DNA of 64,000 nt, taken from positions 33,320 through 97,319 of IMG/VR virus record IMGVR_UViG_3300006752_006525. The stretch is one strand, 5' to 3'. The notes beneath the pieces are model-generated. The model was not told the DNA's origin, searched no databases, and saw nothing but the letters and a program-made list of their open reading frames with translations. Position 1 is the stretch's first letter. Every line of letters starts with the position of its first letter. The translations under genes and the position numbers were made by a program. Positions 18,438 through 27,833 of the stretch are shown here, piece by piece. Source of the stretch: a virus.

Positions 18438-19040
18438 TTATTTTAGTGATATGAATTCTGGATTTGCAAATGACAATTCTCTTTGCTCTTGCCATTCAGT
18501 AAAGCTCACAGGTTCAAACTCTATATCATCTTTCACAAACCAAGTTTCGAATACACCAACTTCTAAACCTTCGGGTATATATCTCACAGGTGTTACATCA
18601 TATACAGCAACTTTATAACCTCTATCAAGCAAGTAGTCCTCTACATCTTGCTTTGTGCTGTCCTCAAACCTGTAGTAATCGTGTTCAAATGTAATGCTGT
18701 CAAACGTACAGCCTGCTTCTATAATGTGCTGTAGGGCCTTGTACGTTGTTGTAGAGCCCAGTATGTCTATGCTGAGATAGCCATAATGTCCTGCATGTTG
18801 TTCAAAGTCATAGTTAAATACATCTATAAAATGTATGTTCTTTCTATTATGATATGCCCAATGTTTCCACCATTGGTCTCTGTCAATTTCAATACTGAAA
18901 CCTTGCCAGCATAATGTGTCTAATAGAAATGTATTGTTACTGATAACAGGATGGTGGCCACCTATCTCTATATAGGTATTGTGTTTGCATGTTTCTAATG
19001 CAAAGATATCTTGATAAGATTGGCTAAAACTACTGTACAT
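18438..19040 (-). CDS. FkbM-like SAM-dependent methyltransferase
   Basis: FSQSYQD, YIEIGG.HP…NNT, YLSIDI, ITFEHD pattern; own TATAAATA late promoter at 19048-19055 (-). Confidence 0.65.
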   Translation of the reverse strand: MYSSFSQSYQDIFALETCKHNTYIEIGGHHPVISNNTFLLDTLCWQGFSIEIDRDQWWKHWAYHNRKNIHFIDVFNYDFEQHAGHYGYLSIDILGSTTTYKALQHIIEAGCTFDSITFEHDYYRFEDSTKQDVEDYLLDRGYKVAVYDVTPVRYIPEGLEVGVFETWFVKDDIEFEPVSFTEWQEQRELSFANPEFISLK

Positions 19041-19047
19041 GTAATAG

Positions 19048-19075
19048 TATTTATAATCCTACTTTATGATAAATA
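19048..19075. promoter_or_regulatory. divergent late promoters (TATAAATA on -, GATAAATA on +)
   Basis: Back-to-back TAAATA motifs in a 60-bp divergent intergenic gap. Confidence 0.65.
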
Positions 19076-19100
19076 GTACAATAAGGTAGGAGATTTTATT

Positions 19101-19430
19101 ATGGCAGAGGAACAAACAGCAGACAAACACTTTCATCCAGCAGACAGCAACGGTGATGGTAAAGTCTCAAAACAAGAAGAGCAAATGTATTTGGAATTCA
19201 GACGTAAGGAGTTAGAAGACCAAGACGCAATGAGAGACGCACAAAGACAGATGGCGTGGTTCTCATTGTATGGAATGTTAGCATACCCAGTGCTAGTTAT
19301 CGGTACAAATTTTGCAGGCGTTGAAAAGGCCGCAGACATTTTAGGTGACATGGCAGGCGTATACTTCATTGCAGTTGCAGGTATTGTTGCCGCATTTTTT
19401 GGTGCCCAGGCTTGGACAGGTAAGAAGTAA
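19101..19430 (+). CDS. membrane protein with N-terminal EF-hand-like loop and 2 TM helices (holin-like?)
   Basis: DSNGDGKVSKQE EF-hand-like motif, two hydrophobic segments, late promoter. Confidence 0.55.
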   Translation: MAEEQTADKHFHPADSNGDGKVSKQEEQMYLEFRRKELEDQDAMRDAQRQMAWFSLYGMLAYPVLVIGTNFAGVEKAADILGDMAGVYFIAVAGIVAAFFGAQAWTGKK

Positions 19431-19432
19431 AG

Positions 19433-19735
19433 ATGGATTTTATCAAACACTTTTGTAGATTGATTACTAAGGAAGAACTTAGTAATGATGATGTAGTGAA
19501 CTATTTTGACATAGTTCAAAGTGTTTGTCCATCTAAAATTGTTAAAGCATACAGCAACGACGGAACACAAATAGAAGCCAACGTTACTGTATATGAAGCA
19601 GACAATGATAAACTTATCTATGAGATTGTTTTAGAACAACAACTCGACATAAACGAAGGGGAAGACATAGCAGATGAAATTGCAGAAGAATTCCCTGATT
19701 TAGATTTTGAATACGAGACCAGTTTAGAGTTTTAA
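19433..19735 (+). CDS. acidic hypothetical protein
   Basis: Operon ORF. Confidence 0.65.
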   Translation: MDFIKHFCRLITKEELSNDDVVNYFDIVQSVCPSKIVKAYSNDGTQIEANVTVYEADNDKLIYEIVLEQQLDINEGEDIADEIAEEFPDLDFEYETSLEF

Positions 19736-19736
19736 T

Positions 19737-20093
19737 ATGAGATTACAAGAACTATTTTTAACGCAAGAAGACAAAGTCAAGAAGGCAGAGCAAAAGCTCA
19801 AAGGTCTTAGACGTGCAATCGAAGATGGTGATACACCAGAGATTCACAATGCTGGTTACACTATTCAAGGACCTGCTTGGGGTGACCTAGAGAAGATGGG
19901 TTTTGCTGAGAAGCAACAAGAACCTTCAGGTGGTAACTATGTACGTGAGCGTTGGATGTACAATGGACCAGGTCCAATTAAATTGTTAACCAAGTACGCC
20001 AAGTCAACCGACAGTGGAATGCAACATGGTACAAAGGAACGTGTCATGCAACCAGGCGATGCAACTGATTGGATAGAAGTAGACTATACGTGA
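19737..20093 (+). CDS. hypothetical protein
   Basis: Operon ORF. Confidence 0.65.
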   Translation: MRLQELFLTQEDKVKKAEQKLKGLRRAIEDGDTPEIHNAGYTIQGPAWGDLEKMGFAEKQQEPSGGNYVRERWMYNGPGPIKLLTKYAKSTDSGMQHGTKERVMQPGDATDWIEVDYT

Positions 20094-20175
20094 GCGTAGG
20101 CGTTTTCTTTCTTGGAGTAATTATGATGCTACCAATGATTGCAGGTGCCATTACATTCTATCTATCAGTTAAAGA

Positions 20176-20385
20176 ATGCAAATAGAAGTATACAGAATAG
20201 GCGATATATTTGTTGCATACGATAAGCAAGGCAACAGAATTAAAGATCGCAACATCCTCGATCAAATATCATTTGATCAAATCCCAGGTCTTAAGGTACA
20301 CTACGAAATAGATTTACCGATTGACACTAGCCAAAAACCTGCTATAATTAATGCTGTGGACATAAATATTAACACAGGAAAATAA
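20176..20385 (+). CDS. hypothetical protein
   Basis: Operon ORF ending 1 nt before the next ATG. Confidence 0.55.
   Translation: MQIEVYRIGDIFVAYDKQGNRIKDRNILDQISFDQIPGLKVHYEIDLPIDTSQKPAIINAVDININTGK
20321..20348 (+). promoter_or_regulatory. sigma70-like promoter TTGACA-N16-TATAAT (inside upstream ORF)
   Basis: Consensus hexamers upstream of the DNA-binding protein and polymerase. Confidence 0.7.
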
Positions 20386-20386
20386 T

Positions 20387-20650
20387 ATGGCATTTAACAG
20401 ATCATTTAATACAGAAGAACAAGCACGTCTTAAGAAGTTAATCGACGAAGGCATGCAAGTTACGTATGAGATTGAAAATCTCAAAGAAGGTCTTCGCGAT
20501 ACAGTGAAAGCAATCGCAGAAGAAATGGACCTCAAACCAGGTGTGCTAAACAAAGCAATTCGTATTGCACACAAAGCAAGTTTCCAAGATGAGTATGACA
20601 AGTTCGATGAACTAGAAACTATCCTTGAAACTGTTGGTAGAACTCTTTAA
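20387..20650 (+). CDS. T4 DsbA/GapR-like dsDNA-binding protein
   Basis: Small helical protein, LKKLIDE…IENLKEGLRDTVKAIAEEMDLKPGVLNKAIRIAHK pattern. Confidence 0.65.
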   Translation: MAFNRSFNTEEQARLKKLIDEGMQVTYEIENLKEGLRDTVKAIAEEMDLKPGVLNKAIRIAHKASFQDEYDKFDELETILETVGRTL

Positions 20651-20680
20651 TTAGATAACTATCTTTTTTAATTTGGTATT

Positions 20681-20700
20681 GCGTCAGCCGGAAGTGATGC
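20681..20700 (+). promoter_or_regulatory. hairpin 5' of the polymerase RBS (candidate translational operator)
   Basis: GCGUCA-GCCGGAAG-UGAUGC: 6-bp stem and 8-nt loop, 2 nt before GGAG. Confidence 0.5.
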
Positions 20701-20716
20701 TCGGAGACAGACAAAT

Positions 20717-23398
20717 ATGAGTTACGTAGACGCCTTCTACGATAAGCAGAAAGATCTTATTCGCGTTGTCGAACGTATAAACGGACAACGTCTGCTAGTG
20801 GAACACAAACCCGAATACAATTTTTATGTTGCCGATCCGAGAGGTTCGCATAGAAGTATCTATGGCGAGCCAGTTGCAGAAATTCGCTGTAAGAATATCA
20901 AAGACTTTCGCAAGAATGTTGCTATCAATAAAACAAACAAAACGTTTGAAACTGATATCAAGCCTGTAAATAAAACATTAGCAAAGCATTATCTCAATGC
21001 TGATATCCCTAAACTACATACTGCATTTTTAGATATCGAGGTAGACTTTGATCCACAACGTGGATACAGTTCACCCGAAGATGCATTCATGGAGATCACA
21101 TCTATTGGTGTGTACTTACAGTGGATGGATGCTATGGTGTGTTTGGCTGTTCCGCCTAAGACACTTAGTTGGGGTCAAGCACAAAACGTTGCCAGTGAAT
21201 TGCAAGAAGTAATACTGTTTAAGACTGAGAAAGAAATGCTACAAACATTTCTCAACCTCATAGAAGATGCAGACATACTGAGTGGTTGGAACAGTGAGGG
21301 CTATGATATTCCTTATATTGTAAATAGGATTATCAAGGTACTGGGCAAAAGTGAATTACGTAAACTTTGTTTGTTTGATCAACTGCCAAAGCAGAGAACA
21401 TATGAAGCATTCGGTAGTGAGCGTGAGACATATGATTTAATTGGTCGTGTACACTTAGACTATATGCAACTGTATCGCAAATACAACTATGAGGAACGAC
21501 ACAGTTACAGGCTGGACTACATTGGTGAGATGGAAGTAGGTGAGAAGAAGGTAGCCTATGAAGGTAGTTTGGACAGGCTTTATAATCATGACTTCAAACT
21601 GTTCTTAGAATACAACATCCAAGACGTTATGCTGTTGGATAAACTAGATAAGAAACTACAGTTTATTGACTTAGCAAACACTATTGCACATGATAACACA
21701 GTGCTATTGCCAACCACAATGGGTGCTGTGGCAACAACAGAACAAGCAATTATCAATGAAGCACACAGACGTGACTACATTATTCCAGACAGAGATCGCA
21801 GTGAGCGAAAGAACACACAGGCGGCAGGTGCTTATGTTGCGTTCCCCAAGAAAGGTTTTCATGAATGGGTAGGTAGCATGGACTTAAACAGTCTGTACCC
21901 TAGTGTGTTCAGAGCATTGAATATGGCACCAGAGACTATTGTAGGGCAACTGAGACAAGACTACACTGAAGAAGAAATCATAAACAAGCAGACACTGGAA
22001 AAGAAATCATTTGCAGATGCATGGTTAGGTAAGTTTGGTAGCAATGAATATGAAATGGTCATGGGCAAAGACGTTAACCACACAATGCATTTGGATATGG
22101 AAGATGGCTCAACTGTAGAAGTTACAGGCGCCGATGTTTACAACTTAGTTTTTAATAGTGGGCAACCTTGGAATATCAGTGCTAATGGTACAATATTCAA
22201 AACAGACTTCCAAGGTATTGTTCCAGGCTTATTGGAGAGATGGTATGCAGAAAGAAAAGAGTTACAAGCAAACAAAAAGAAAGCAACCACAGATGCCGAC
22301 ATTGCATTTTGGGATAAGCGACAGTTGGTCAAGAAGATTAATCTTAATAGTTTGTATGGTGCTATTCTCAATCCTGGTTGTAGATTCTTTGACAAAAGAA
22401 TCGGTCAATCCACAACACTTACTGGACGGGCCATTACCAAACACATGGGAGCAGAAACAAACAGAATGCTTACAGGAGTGTACGATCATACTGGCGACAC
22501 TATAGTATATGGTGACACTGACTCTGTGTACTTTACTGCAACTCCAGCATTAAAAGAAGGACAGACATTAGATATGGAGAGTGCAATTAATTTGTATGAC
22601 CACATCTCAGATAGTGTTAGTTCTACTTTTCCTAAGATGCTGAAGGAACAATTTAACGTACCTTATGAACAAGGTGCAGTTATGCAGGCAGGTAGAGAAG
22701 TAGTTGGTAGGTCAGGTTTGTTCATTACCAAGAAGCGATATGCAATCAAGTGTTTAGACATTGAGGGATATCAACCTGAGGGTGGTAAACTAAAGATCAT
22801 GGGCATGGACATCAAGCGAAGTGATACGCCTGAGTTTATACAAGACTTCTTAGAAGAAGTATTAGATGATGCTCTTGATGGTAAGCCTGAAGATGAAGTA
22901 TTGGATAAGATTAGAACATTTAAGAAAGGCTTCCAAGAACTAGATCCTTGGTTAAAAGGTATGCCTAAACGTGTAAACAACTTAACAACATACAGTGAGA
23001 AACTTGCAAAGCAACGTAGAGTCGAAGCAAACAACTACAAGTTAAAACGTCTCACAGACATGGCACCAGAGAACAATATGATACCTGGACATGTTAGAGC
23101 AAGTATAAACTGGAACGAACTTAAAAATGCACACGGTGACAACTACAGTATGACTATCATGGATGGCATGAAAGTGATTGTGTGTAGGCTTAAAAATAAT
23201 CCTATGGGTTACTCAAGTATTGCATATCCCACAGATGAAATGCATATACCTGAATGGTTTAAGGATTTGCCGTTTGATACTGAAGCAATGGAGCAGGCAG
23301 TATTGGATAAGAAGATCAGCAATGTACTAGGTGCAATGAATTGGGATCTCAAACGAATTAACGAAAGTGAGGCCTTACAAGCCTTCTTTGAATTTTAA
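20717..23398 (+). CDS. family B DNA polymerase (T4 gp43-like)
   Basis: Exo motifs FLDIEV, GWNSEGYDIPY, YNIQDV. Pol motifs SMDLNSLYPS, KKINLNSLYG, YGDTDS, KKRYA. Confidence 0.97.
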   Translation: MSYVDAFYDKQKDLIRVVERINGQRLLVEHKPEYNFYVADPRGSHRSIYGEPVAEIRCKNIKDFRKNVAINKTNKTFETDIKPVNKTLAKHYLNADIPKLHTAFLDIEVDFDPQRGYSSPEDAFMEITSIGVYLQWMDAMVCLAVPPKTLSWGQAQNVASELQEVILFKTEKEMLQTFLNLIEDADILSGWNSEGYDIPYIVNRIIKVLGKSELRKLCLFDQLPKQRTYEAFGSERETYDLIGRVHLDYMQLYRKYNYEERHSYRLDYIGEMEVGEKKVAYEGSLDRLYNHDFKLFLEYNIQDVMLLDKLDKKLQFIDLANTIAHDNTVLLPTTMGAVATTEQAIINEAHRRDYIIPDRDRSERKNTQAAGAYVAFPKKGFHEWVGSMDLNSLYPSVFRALNMAPETIVGQLRQDYTEEEIINKQTLEKKSFADAWLGKFGSNEYEMVMGKDVNHTMHLDMEDGSTVEVTGADVYNLVFNSGQPWNISANGTIFKTDFQGIVPGLLERWYAERKELQANKKKATTDADIAFWDKRQLVKKINLNSLYGAILNPGCRFFDKRIGQSTTLTGRAITKHMGAETNRMLTGVYDHTGDTIVYGDTDSVYFTATPALKEGQTLDMESAINLYDHISDSVSSTFPKMLKEQFNVPYEQGAVMQAGREVVGRSGLFITKKRYAIKCLDIEGYQPEGGKLKIMGMDIKRSDTPEFIQDFLEEVLDDALDGKPEDEVLDKIRTFKKGFQELDPWLKGMPKRVNNLTTYSEKLAKQRRVEANNYKLKRLTDMAPENNMIPGHVRASINWNELKNAHGDNYSMTIMDGMKVIVCRLKNNPMGYSSIAYPTDEMHIPEWFKDLPFDTEAMEQAVLDKKISNVLGAMNWDLKRINESEALQAFFEF

Positions 23399-23422
23399 TC
23401 GAAAAAAATGGATAAATTTATC

Positions 23423-23450
23423 TTGACTTTTCTAAATAATAGTGTACAAT
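23423..23450 (+). promoter_or_regulatory. sigma70-like promoter TTGACT-N16-TACAAT with nested CTAAATA
   Basis: Near-consensus hexamers with a late motif in the spacer. Confidence 0.6.
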
Positions 23451-23457
23451 TAGACTT

Positions 23458-23706
23458 ATGCCAGAACCTAAACAAGTAAAACAAGCATTCTACGAAGCAT
23501 TAACTGATACAGGTATTGCGGCCGTAGTTAACATACCACTAAACTTTGTGTTAGTGTATTTGTGTATTGATGTATGGCAAGTAGGTACTATGTGGACTAG
23601 TGTTATTATGACAACTTTGTTCACGGCGTATGCTATTATACGTAAGACAATAGTTAGACTATATTTTGAACGTGAAGCAATTAAGAAACAAGCCAAAGTA
23701 ATTTAA
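23458..23706 (+). CDS. small 2-TM membrane protein
   Basis: Two hydrophobic helices. Confidence 0.65.
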   Translation: MPEPKQVKQAFYEALTDTGIAAVVNIPLNFVLVYLCIDVWQVGTMWTSVIMTTLFTAYAIIRKTIVRLYFEREAIKKQAKVI

Positions 23707-23715
23707 GGAGATAAT

Positions 23716-24471
23716 ATGGCAGATAATTATATCAAAGATACATTGCGAGATGTATTAAGGCATACCCATAACTTGGGTATTTTTGAAATGGTAAAGATCA
23801 AAGGCAGTGTTGAATCAACTGACATTGAAACTGTTGATGCAGAAAAGACTGTGATCTTAAAAGGTAACACAATTAATCCTGTGCCAGACTTTGTTGATGC
23901 AACAGTAGGTCTAAGCAGAATGGGTGTGTTAGATGGTTACTTGAAGTTTCCAGGCTTTGATGATGAGGCGGCCACAGTGCAAGTTGTTACACAAAATCGT
24001 AACGATGAAGATGTGCCTGTTGAAGTTGAATTTGTTAGTCCTGAAGGAACAGATGCACACTACAGATTTATGTTAGCAGATGTTGTTAACCAGCAACTAA
24101 AAGACATCAAGTTTAAGGGTGCAGAGTTCGATGTAAACATTGTGCCTAGTGCAAAGATGCTTAAAGATCTAAGTTACTTCAACAGTGTAATTGGTGCATT
24201 TGAAACTAACTTCTCGCCAAAGACTGAAGACAATAAGTTGTATTTCTACATTGGTGATGAAGGCAGTGACAGAACTAAAGTACTTGTTGCTGATGGTGTT
24301 GATGGCGACATCAAACATGACTTCCGTTGGAACTTAGATATTGTACTTAAGATTTTACGTTTAGGTGACAATTCAAATGTTGTTATGAGTTTTAATGCAC
24401 AAGGTCTATGTCAAATTGTTGTTGACAGTGGACTAGGTGTATACACTTACTTACTACCAGCAAGGAGTTAA
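23716..24471 (+). CDS. DNA sliding clamp (gp45/PCNA-like)
   Basis: 251 aa, acidic, two-domain beta/alpha pattern ending YTYLLPA, next to the polymerase. Confidence 0.7.
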   Translation: MADNYIKDTLRDVLRHTHNLGIFEMVKIKGSVESTDIETVDAEKTVILKGNTINPVPDFVDATVGLSRMGVLDGYLKFPGFDDEAATVQVVTQNRNDEDVPVEVEFVSPEGTDAHYRFMLADVVNQQLKDIKFKGAEFDVNIVPSAKMLKDLSYFNSVIGAFETNFSPKTEDNKLYFYIGDEGSDRTKVLVADGVDGDIKHDFRWNLDIVLKILRLGDNSNVVMSFNAQGLCQIVVDSGLGVYTYLLPARS

Positions 24472-24473
24472 GT

Positions 24474-26033
24474 ATGGATTTAGGCAAGAGACAGAGAGAC
24501 TATGCAGTTTATCTCCCTGCGATTAGTAGTTTCTATGTAAAACAAGTAGACAAGATTGTGAACAAAGTTCCACAAGACAGCAGAACTCCTGCAGGCTTTG
24601 AACACGGTAATGAAGGTCTTGACTTCCTAAAGCCTAAAGATACATACTATCATTATCCTTGGGGTCTATATTCTGCAGGTCATGCTCATTTAGACATTGA
24701 CAAAAGTCATGCCGATGAGCCAATGATACAAGACAGAGATAGAAATGACACATTAATTTTAGGTGACAGTGGTGGATTCCAAATTGCTACTGGTGTACTA
24801 AAACTAGATTGGGCTAACGCAAAGGATCCACTTGATCCTGCTCGAACTGCGATCTGCGAGAAGATATTGCGTTGGCTCGAACACACCGCAGATTGGAGTA
24901 TGACACTTGATATTCCAGCATTTGCCGCAGTTGAGCCTCTCAGCAGTAAAACTGGGTTGACATCTTTTGATGATACATTAGATATCAGTCTACTAAACCT
25001 GGACTACTTTGTTCGTAATCGAGTACCAGGTGCAACCAAGTTCCTTAATGTATTAAGTGGTACAGATGAGGCCACAAGTAAAACTTGGTATGAAGCAGTT
25101 AAGAGCTTCAGTCAACCGCAGTTTACTGCTGACGCATACGGTGATGCCAATAGGGCATTAGAAGGATATGCCTTTGCTGGTATTAACATGAAAGACCTTA
25201 GTTGTGTCTTGAATAGGTTACTAGACTTGCGTGAAGATGGATTACTAGAAGGCAAGGATTGGATACACTTCCTTGGTACTGGTAAACTACAATGGGCCTG
25301 TTTCCTAACCAGCATTCAGAGAATGTTACGACAGCACGATAACCCAAACATTACTTTGAGCTTTGACGCGGCATCACCGTTTGTGAATACAGCATATGGA
25401 CAAACGTATGCACATAACTTTTTTGAGCCTGGTAAGTTTGGTTACTTTATGGACAGAGCATTTGATCAACAAGAACTTGTTGGTAGTGATTTGCCTGCTC
25501 CGTTTGGCCACAGTCCTATTATGGAAAGGCTTACAATGGGAGACCTATGTTCAATGGGTCCAGGTGCTCAGGACAAGAACGGTAACTACAAGTTCAGTGA
25601 AGGACAACCACTTACAGATAAGCATGGTGAGCCTAAACTAGATGCAGAAGGCAATCAGTTGTATGCAGAACGTGACAGCACTACTTGGGACACACAAAGT
25701 TATTTGTATTACATGGCTCACAGTGTGTTCAATCACATTGACGCAGTACAAGAAGCAAACAGACTTGCTGACGTAGAACGTACAAGAGAATCAGTACACT
25801 ATACACAGTGGCGTAAACCTACAAAGAAAAGCAGTAAAGCACAAGAGGTATCACCTTACGTGCCAGTTAACTTGTTCTTCTTTGATAGTTTTGTTAAAGA
25901 TGTATTAGACCCTGCGTGTAGTGAACCGAGAAAACTAATCAAAGACTACAAGGAAATGTTAGATTCATTCAGTGTAGGCGGCGAAGCAGAAGATACTAAA
26001 GAAGAGGTGTTAAATGAGTTTTTTGAATTTTAA
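24474..26033 (+). CDS. dpdA: DpdA-like 7-deazaguanine DNA transglycosylase (TGT fold)
   Basis: TGT motifs LGDSGGFQ, MTLDIP, LNVLSG, IHFLGTG, SFDAASP; clustered with folE and queE. Confidence 0.75.
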   Translation: MDLGKRQRDYAVYLPAISSFYVKQVDKIVNKVPQDSRTPAGFEHGNEGLDFLKPKDTYYHYPWGLYSAGHAHLDIDKSHADEPMIQDRDRNDTLILGDSGGFQIATGVLKLDWANAKDPLDPARTAICEKILRWLEHTADWSMTLDIPAFAAVEPLSSKTGLTSFDDTLDISLLNLDYFVRNRVPGATKFLNVLSGTDEATSKTWYEAVKSFSQPQFTADAYGDANRALEGYAFAGINMKDLSCVLNRLLDLREDGLLEGKDWIHFLGTGKLQWACFLTSIQRMLRQHDNPNITLSFDAASPFVNTAYGQTYAHNFFEPGKFGYFMDRAFDQQELVGSDLPAPFGHSPIMERLTMGDLCSMGPGAQDKNGNYKFSEGQPLTDKHGEPKLDAEGNQLYAERDSTTWDTQSYLYYMAHSVFNHIDAVQEANRLADVERTRESVHYTQWRKPTKKSSKAQEVSPYVPVNLFFFDSFVKDVLDPACSEPRKLIKDYKEMLDSFSVGGEAEDTKEEVLNEFFEF

Positions 26034-26382
26034 GAATCCTTTTAAGAAGACTGTTAAAGTTAATGGTTTAATAAAAGGCGATGTCCAGATGTTTGATAAT
26101 GCTATTAGACAATGGCATCATGATAGAAATTTAATTGATGGTAGTACTGATAAAGATCAAGTACTTAAATTAATGCAGGAGTTAGGCGAACTGTCTGATA
26201 ATTGTTGCAAGGGTAAAGACATGCGTGATGACCTAGGTGACATGATGGTAGTAATGCTTAATATTATGGAACGCAATGGCTACTCATTAGAAGGTTGCCT
26301 TGCACAGGCATATGGTGACATCAAAGACCGTAAAGGTAAAATGGTAGATGGTATCTTTGTCAAGGAAGAAGACTATCTATGA
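26014..26382 (+). CDS. MazG-like nucleotide pyrophosphohydrolase
   Basis: QVLKLMQELGEL…DDLGDMMVV…AY..IKDRKGKMVDGIFVKE. Confidence 0.85.
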   Translation: MSFLNFKNPFKKTVKVNGLIKGDVQMFDNAIRQWHHDRNLIDGSTDKDQVLKLMQELGELSDNCCKGKDMRDDLGDMMVVMLNIMERNGYSLEGCLAQAYGDIKDRKGKMVDGIFVKEEDYL

Positions 26383-26567
26383 CTAGGATTATTGTTGGGT
26401 TGTATACCAACGAGGGACACGATGTTGTATTCGAAGAACACAGCGACAGCGAAGTGCAGGTAACAGAAACATATAATGGTAACACAATGCCAACTGTGAT
26501 TGTTAATCTTGCTGATGCTAAAGCAAAACAAGATCAACTATCAGCATTAGGTTATCAGTTGGTATGA
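26379..26567 (+). CDS. hypothetical protein
   Basis: ATGA overlap coupling. Confidence 0.6.
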   Translation: MTRIIVGLYTNEGHDVVFEEHSDSEVQVTETYNGNTMPTVIVNLADAKAKQDQLSALGYQLV

Positions 26568-26749
26568 AAACTATCAGAGCAACTATCACAGTAGAAATTC
26601 CGTACAGTAATGAACTTATGAACTATGGTGATAAGTTGAGCGATAAGTTAAAGCAAGTAATTGCAGATACAGATTTTATATCACACGAAACTCAGGCAGG
26701 TGATTTACAACCTTGTACAAGACCAGTTATAAGAGTAACAGATGAATAG
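26564..26749 (+). CDS. hypothetical protein
   Basis: ATGA overlap coupling. Confidence 0.6.
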   Translation: MKTIRATITVEIPYSNELMNYGDKLSDKLKQVIADTDFISHETQAGDLQPCTRPVIRVTDE

Positions 26750-27254
26750 AGAAGGACACACAATAGACACAAAGTTCTTTATAGGCACTGAAGTAGAGCA
26801 TAGCCCTGCTTATGGTCAGAGAACATTGTTTGTTATTGGACCACAACCTTACAAAGAAGTATTAGCAAGGGCATTGAATAATAACTGTCCTCACATATAC
26901 TTAGGTGCTAATCAAAGTTTTGACATCAGCACAGAACATGCTAAACAAGAATGGGACTTTATGTTAAACAAACTTGTAGTTGATACAGGTATTTGGGTAA
27001 CACTTGACTTTGATGTAAAACATGTTGAATGGGTACTCGATAGTGGTATGACAGAGTATAACACTTTTATACCAATGATGAGTTGTAAGTTACCATTTAT
27101 AAATCAATTAGGATACAATGCATGTCTCAAATTAGATGACATGGATTTCAAAGCAACAAACCCAGGTGTATGGACACACAGAGTACACGACTTGATGGAT
27201 AGGAAAGTATTCACCGATTGGACCAAGTACACCAAAGATGAGGTAATAGAGTAA
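26742..27254 (+). CDS. hypothetical alpha/beta protein in the deazaguanine region
   Basis: Enzyme-like motifs (GTEVEHSP, TLFV, HIYLGANQSF, ATNPGVW); family not recognised. Confidence 0.7.
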   Translation: MNREGHTIDTKFFIGTEVEHSPAYGQRTLFVIGPQPYKEVLARALNNNCPHIYLGANQSFDISTEHAKQEWDFMLNKLVVDTGIWVTLDFDVKHVEWVLDSGMTEYNTFIPMMSCKLPFINQLGYNACLKLDDMDFKATNPGVWTHRVHDLMDRKVFTDWTKYTKDEVIE

Positions 27255-27268
27255 TCGAGGAAGATACT

Positions 27269-27436
27269 ATGAAAAGAGATGAAAGAATGTATAAGTCTAC
27301 AAAAGCAAGACAAAAACGCAGACTAGTAAAAGCAATCAGAGCAAAAATTAAACGTAGTTACTATGCTCACATGCGACATCTCCGAAAGAAGTATCAAAAG
27401 ATCAGAGGAAGACATCATGATGAGGCAACAAATTGA
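27269..27436 (+). CDS. 55-aa highly basic peptide (MKRDERMYKSTKARQKRRLVKAIRAKIKR…), not in ORF track
   Basis: GAGG RBS, fills an operon gap. Confidence 0.6.
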   Translation: MKRDERMYKSTKARQKRRLVKAIRAKIKRSYYAHMRHLRKKYQKIRGRHHDEATN

Positions 27437-27675
27437 CAATAACTGATGTCATAGGATTGATAGGGGTAGCATTATTAATCTACACTTATGCAATGCTACA
27501 GTTTGATAGGATAGACCCTAAAGGATTTTGGTACAGTTTTAATAATATGGTTGTTGCCATACTGGTAACTGTGAGTTTACTCTACAGTTTTAACTTAGCA
27601 AGTATGGTTATAGAAGTATTTTGGTTTAGTCTAAGTGTGTATGGCATTTGGAATTATTATAGGAAGAAGAAATAA
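27433..27675 (+). CDS. CBU_0592-like small membrane protein
   Basis: Three TM segments, DVIGLIGVAL…Y…EVFWFSLSVYG. Confidence 0.65.
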   Translation: MTITDVIGLIGVALLIYTYAMLQFDRIDPKGFWYSFNNMVVAILVTVSLLYSFNLASMVIEVFWFSLSVYGIWNYYRKKK

Positions 27676-27833
27676 ATGGACGGTGTAATATTAGCGGCAG
27701 GTATGGTAGCAAGTTTGATTGCTATTGTGGGTTTACTATTTGGTGCAGAAGGCAGTAAAGGTATTACAGAAGAATACACCACAAAGTCGGGTGTCAAGCA
27801 CACTGCAAAAAAAGATAGAGAGGAACACTTAGT

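Noticed and set aside
20717-23398. Intein, intron or split in the DNA polymerase
   Set aside because: Single 893-aa ORF of normal gp43 length with all motifs in order
24474-26033. Calling this a tRNA-guanine transglycosylase for queuosine
   Set aside because: Lacks the CxCxxC zinc site of bacterial Tgt, sits among replication genes and ends in a clamp-type peptide; a DNA target is more likely
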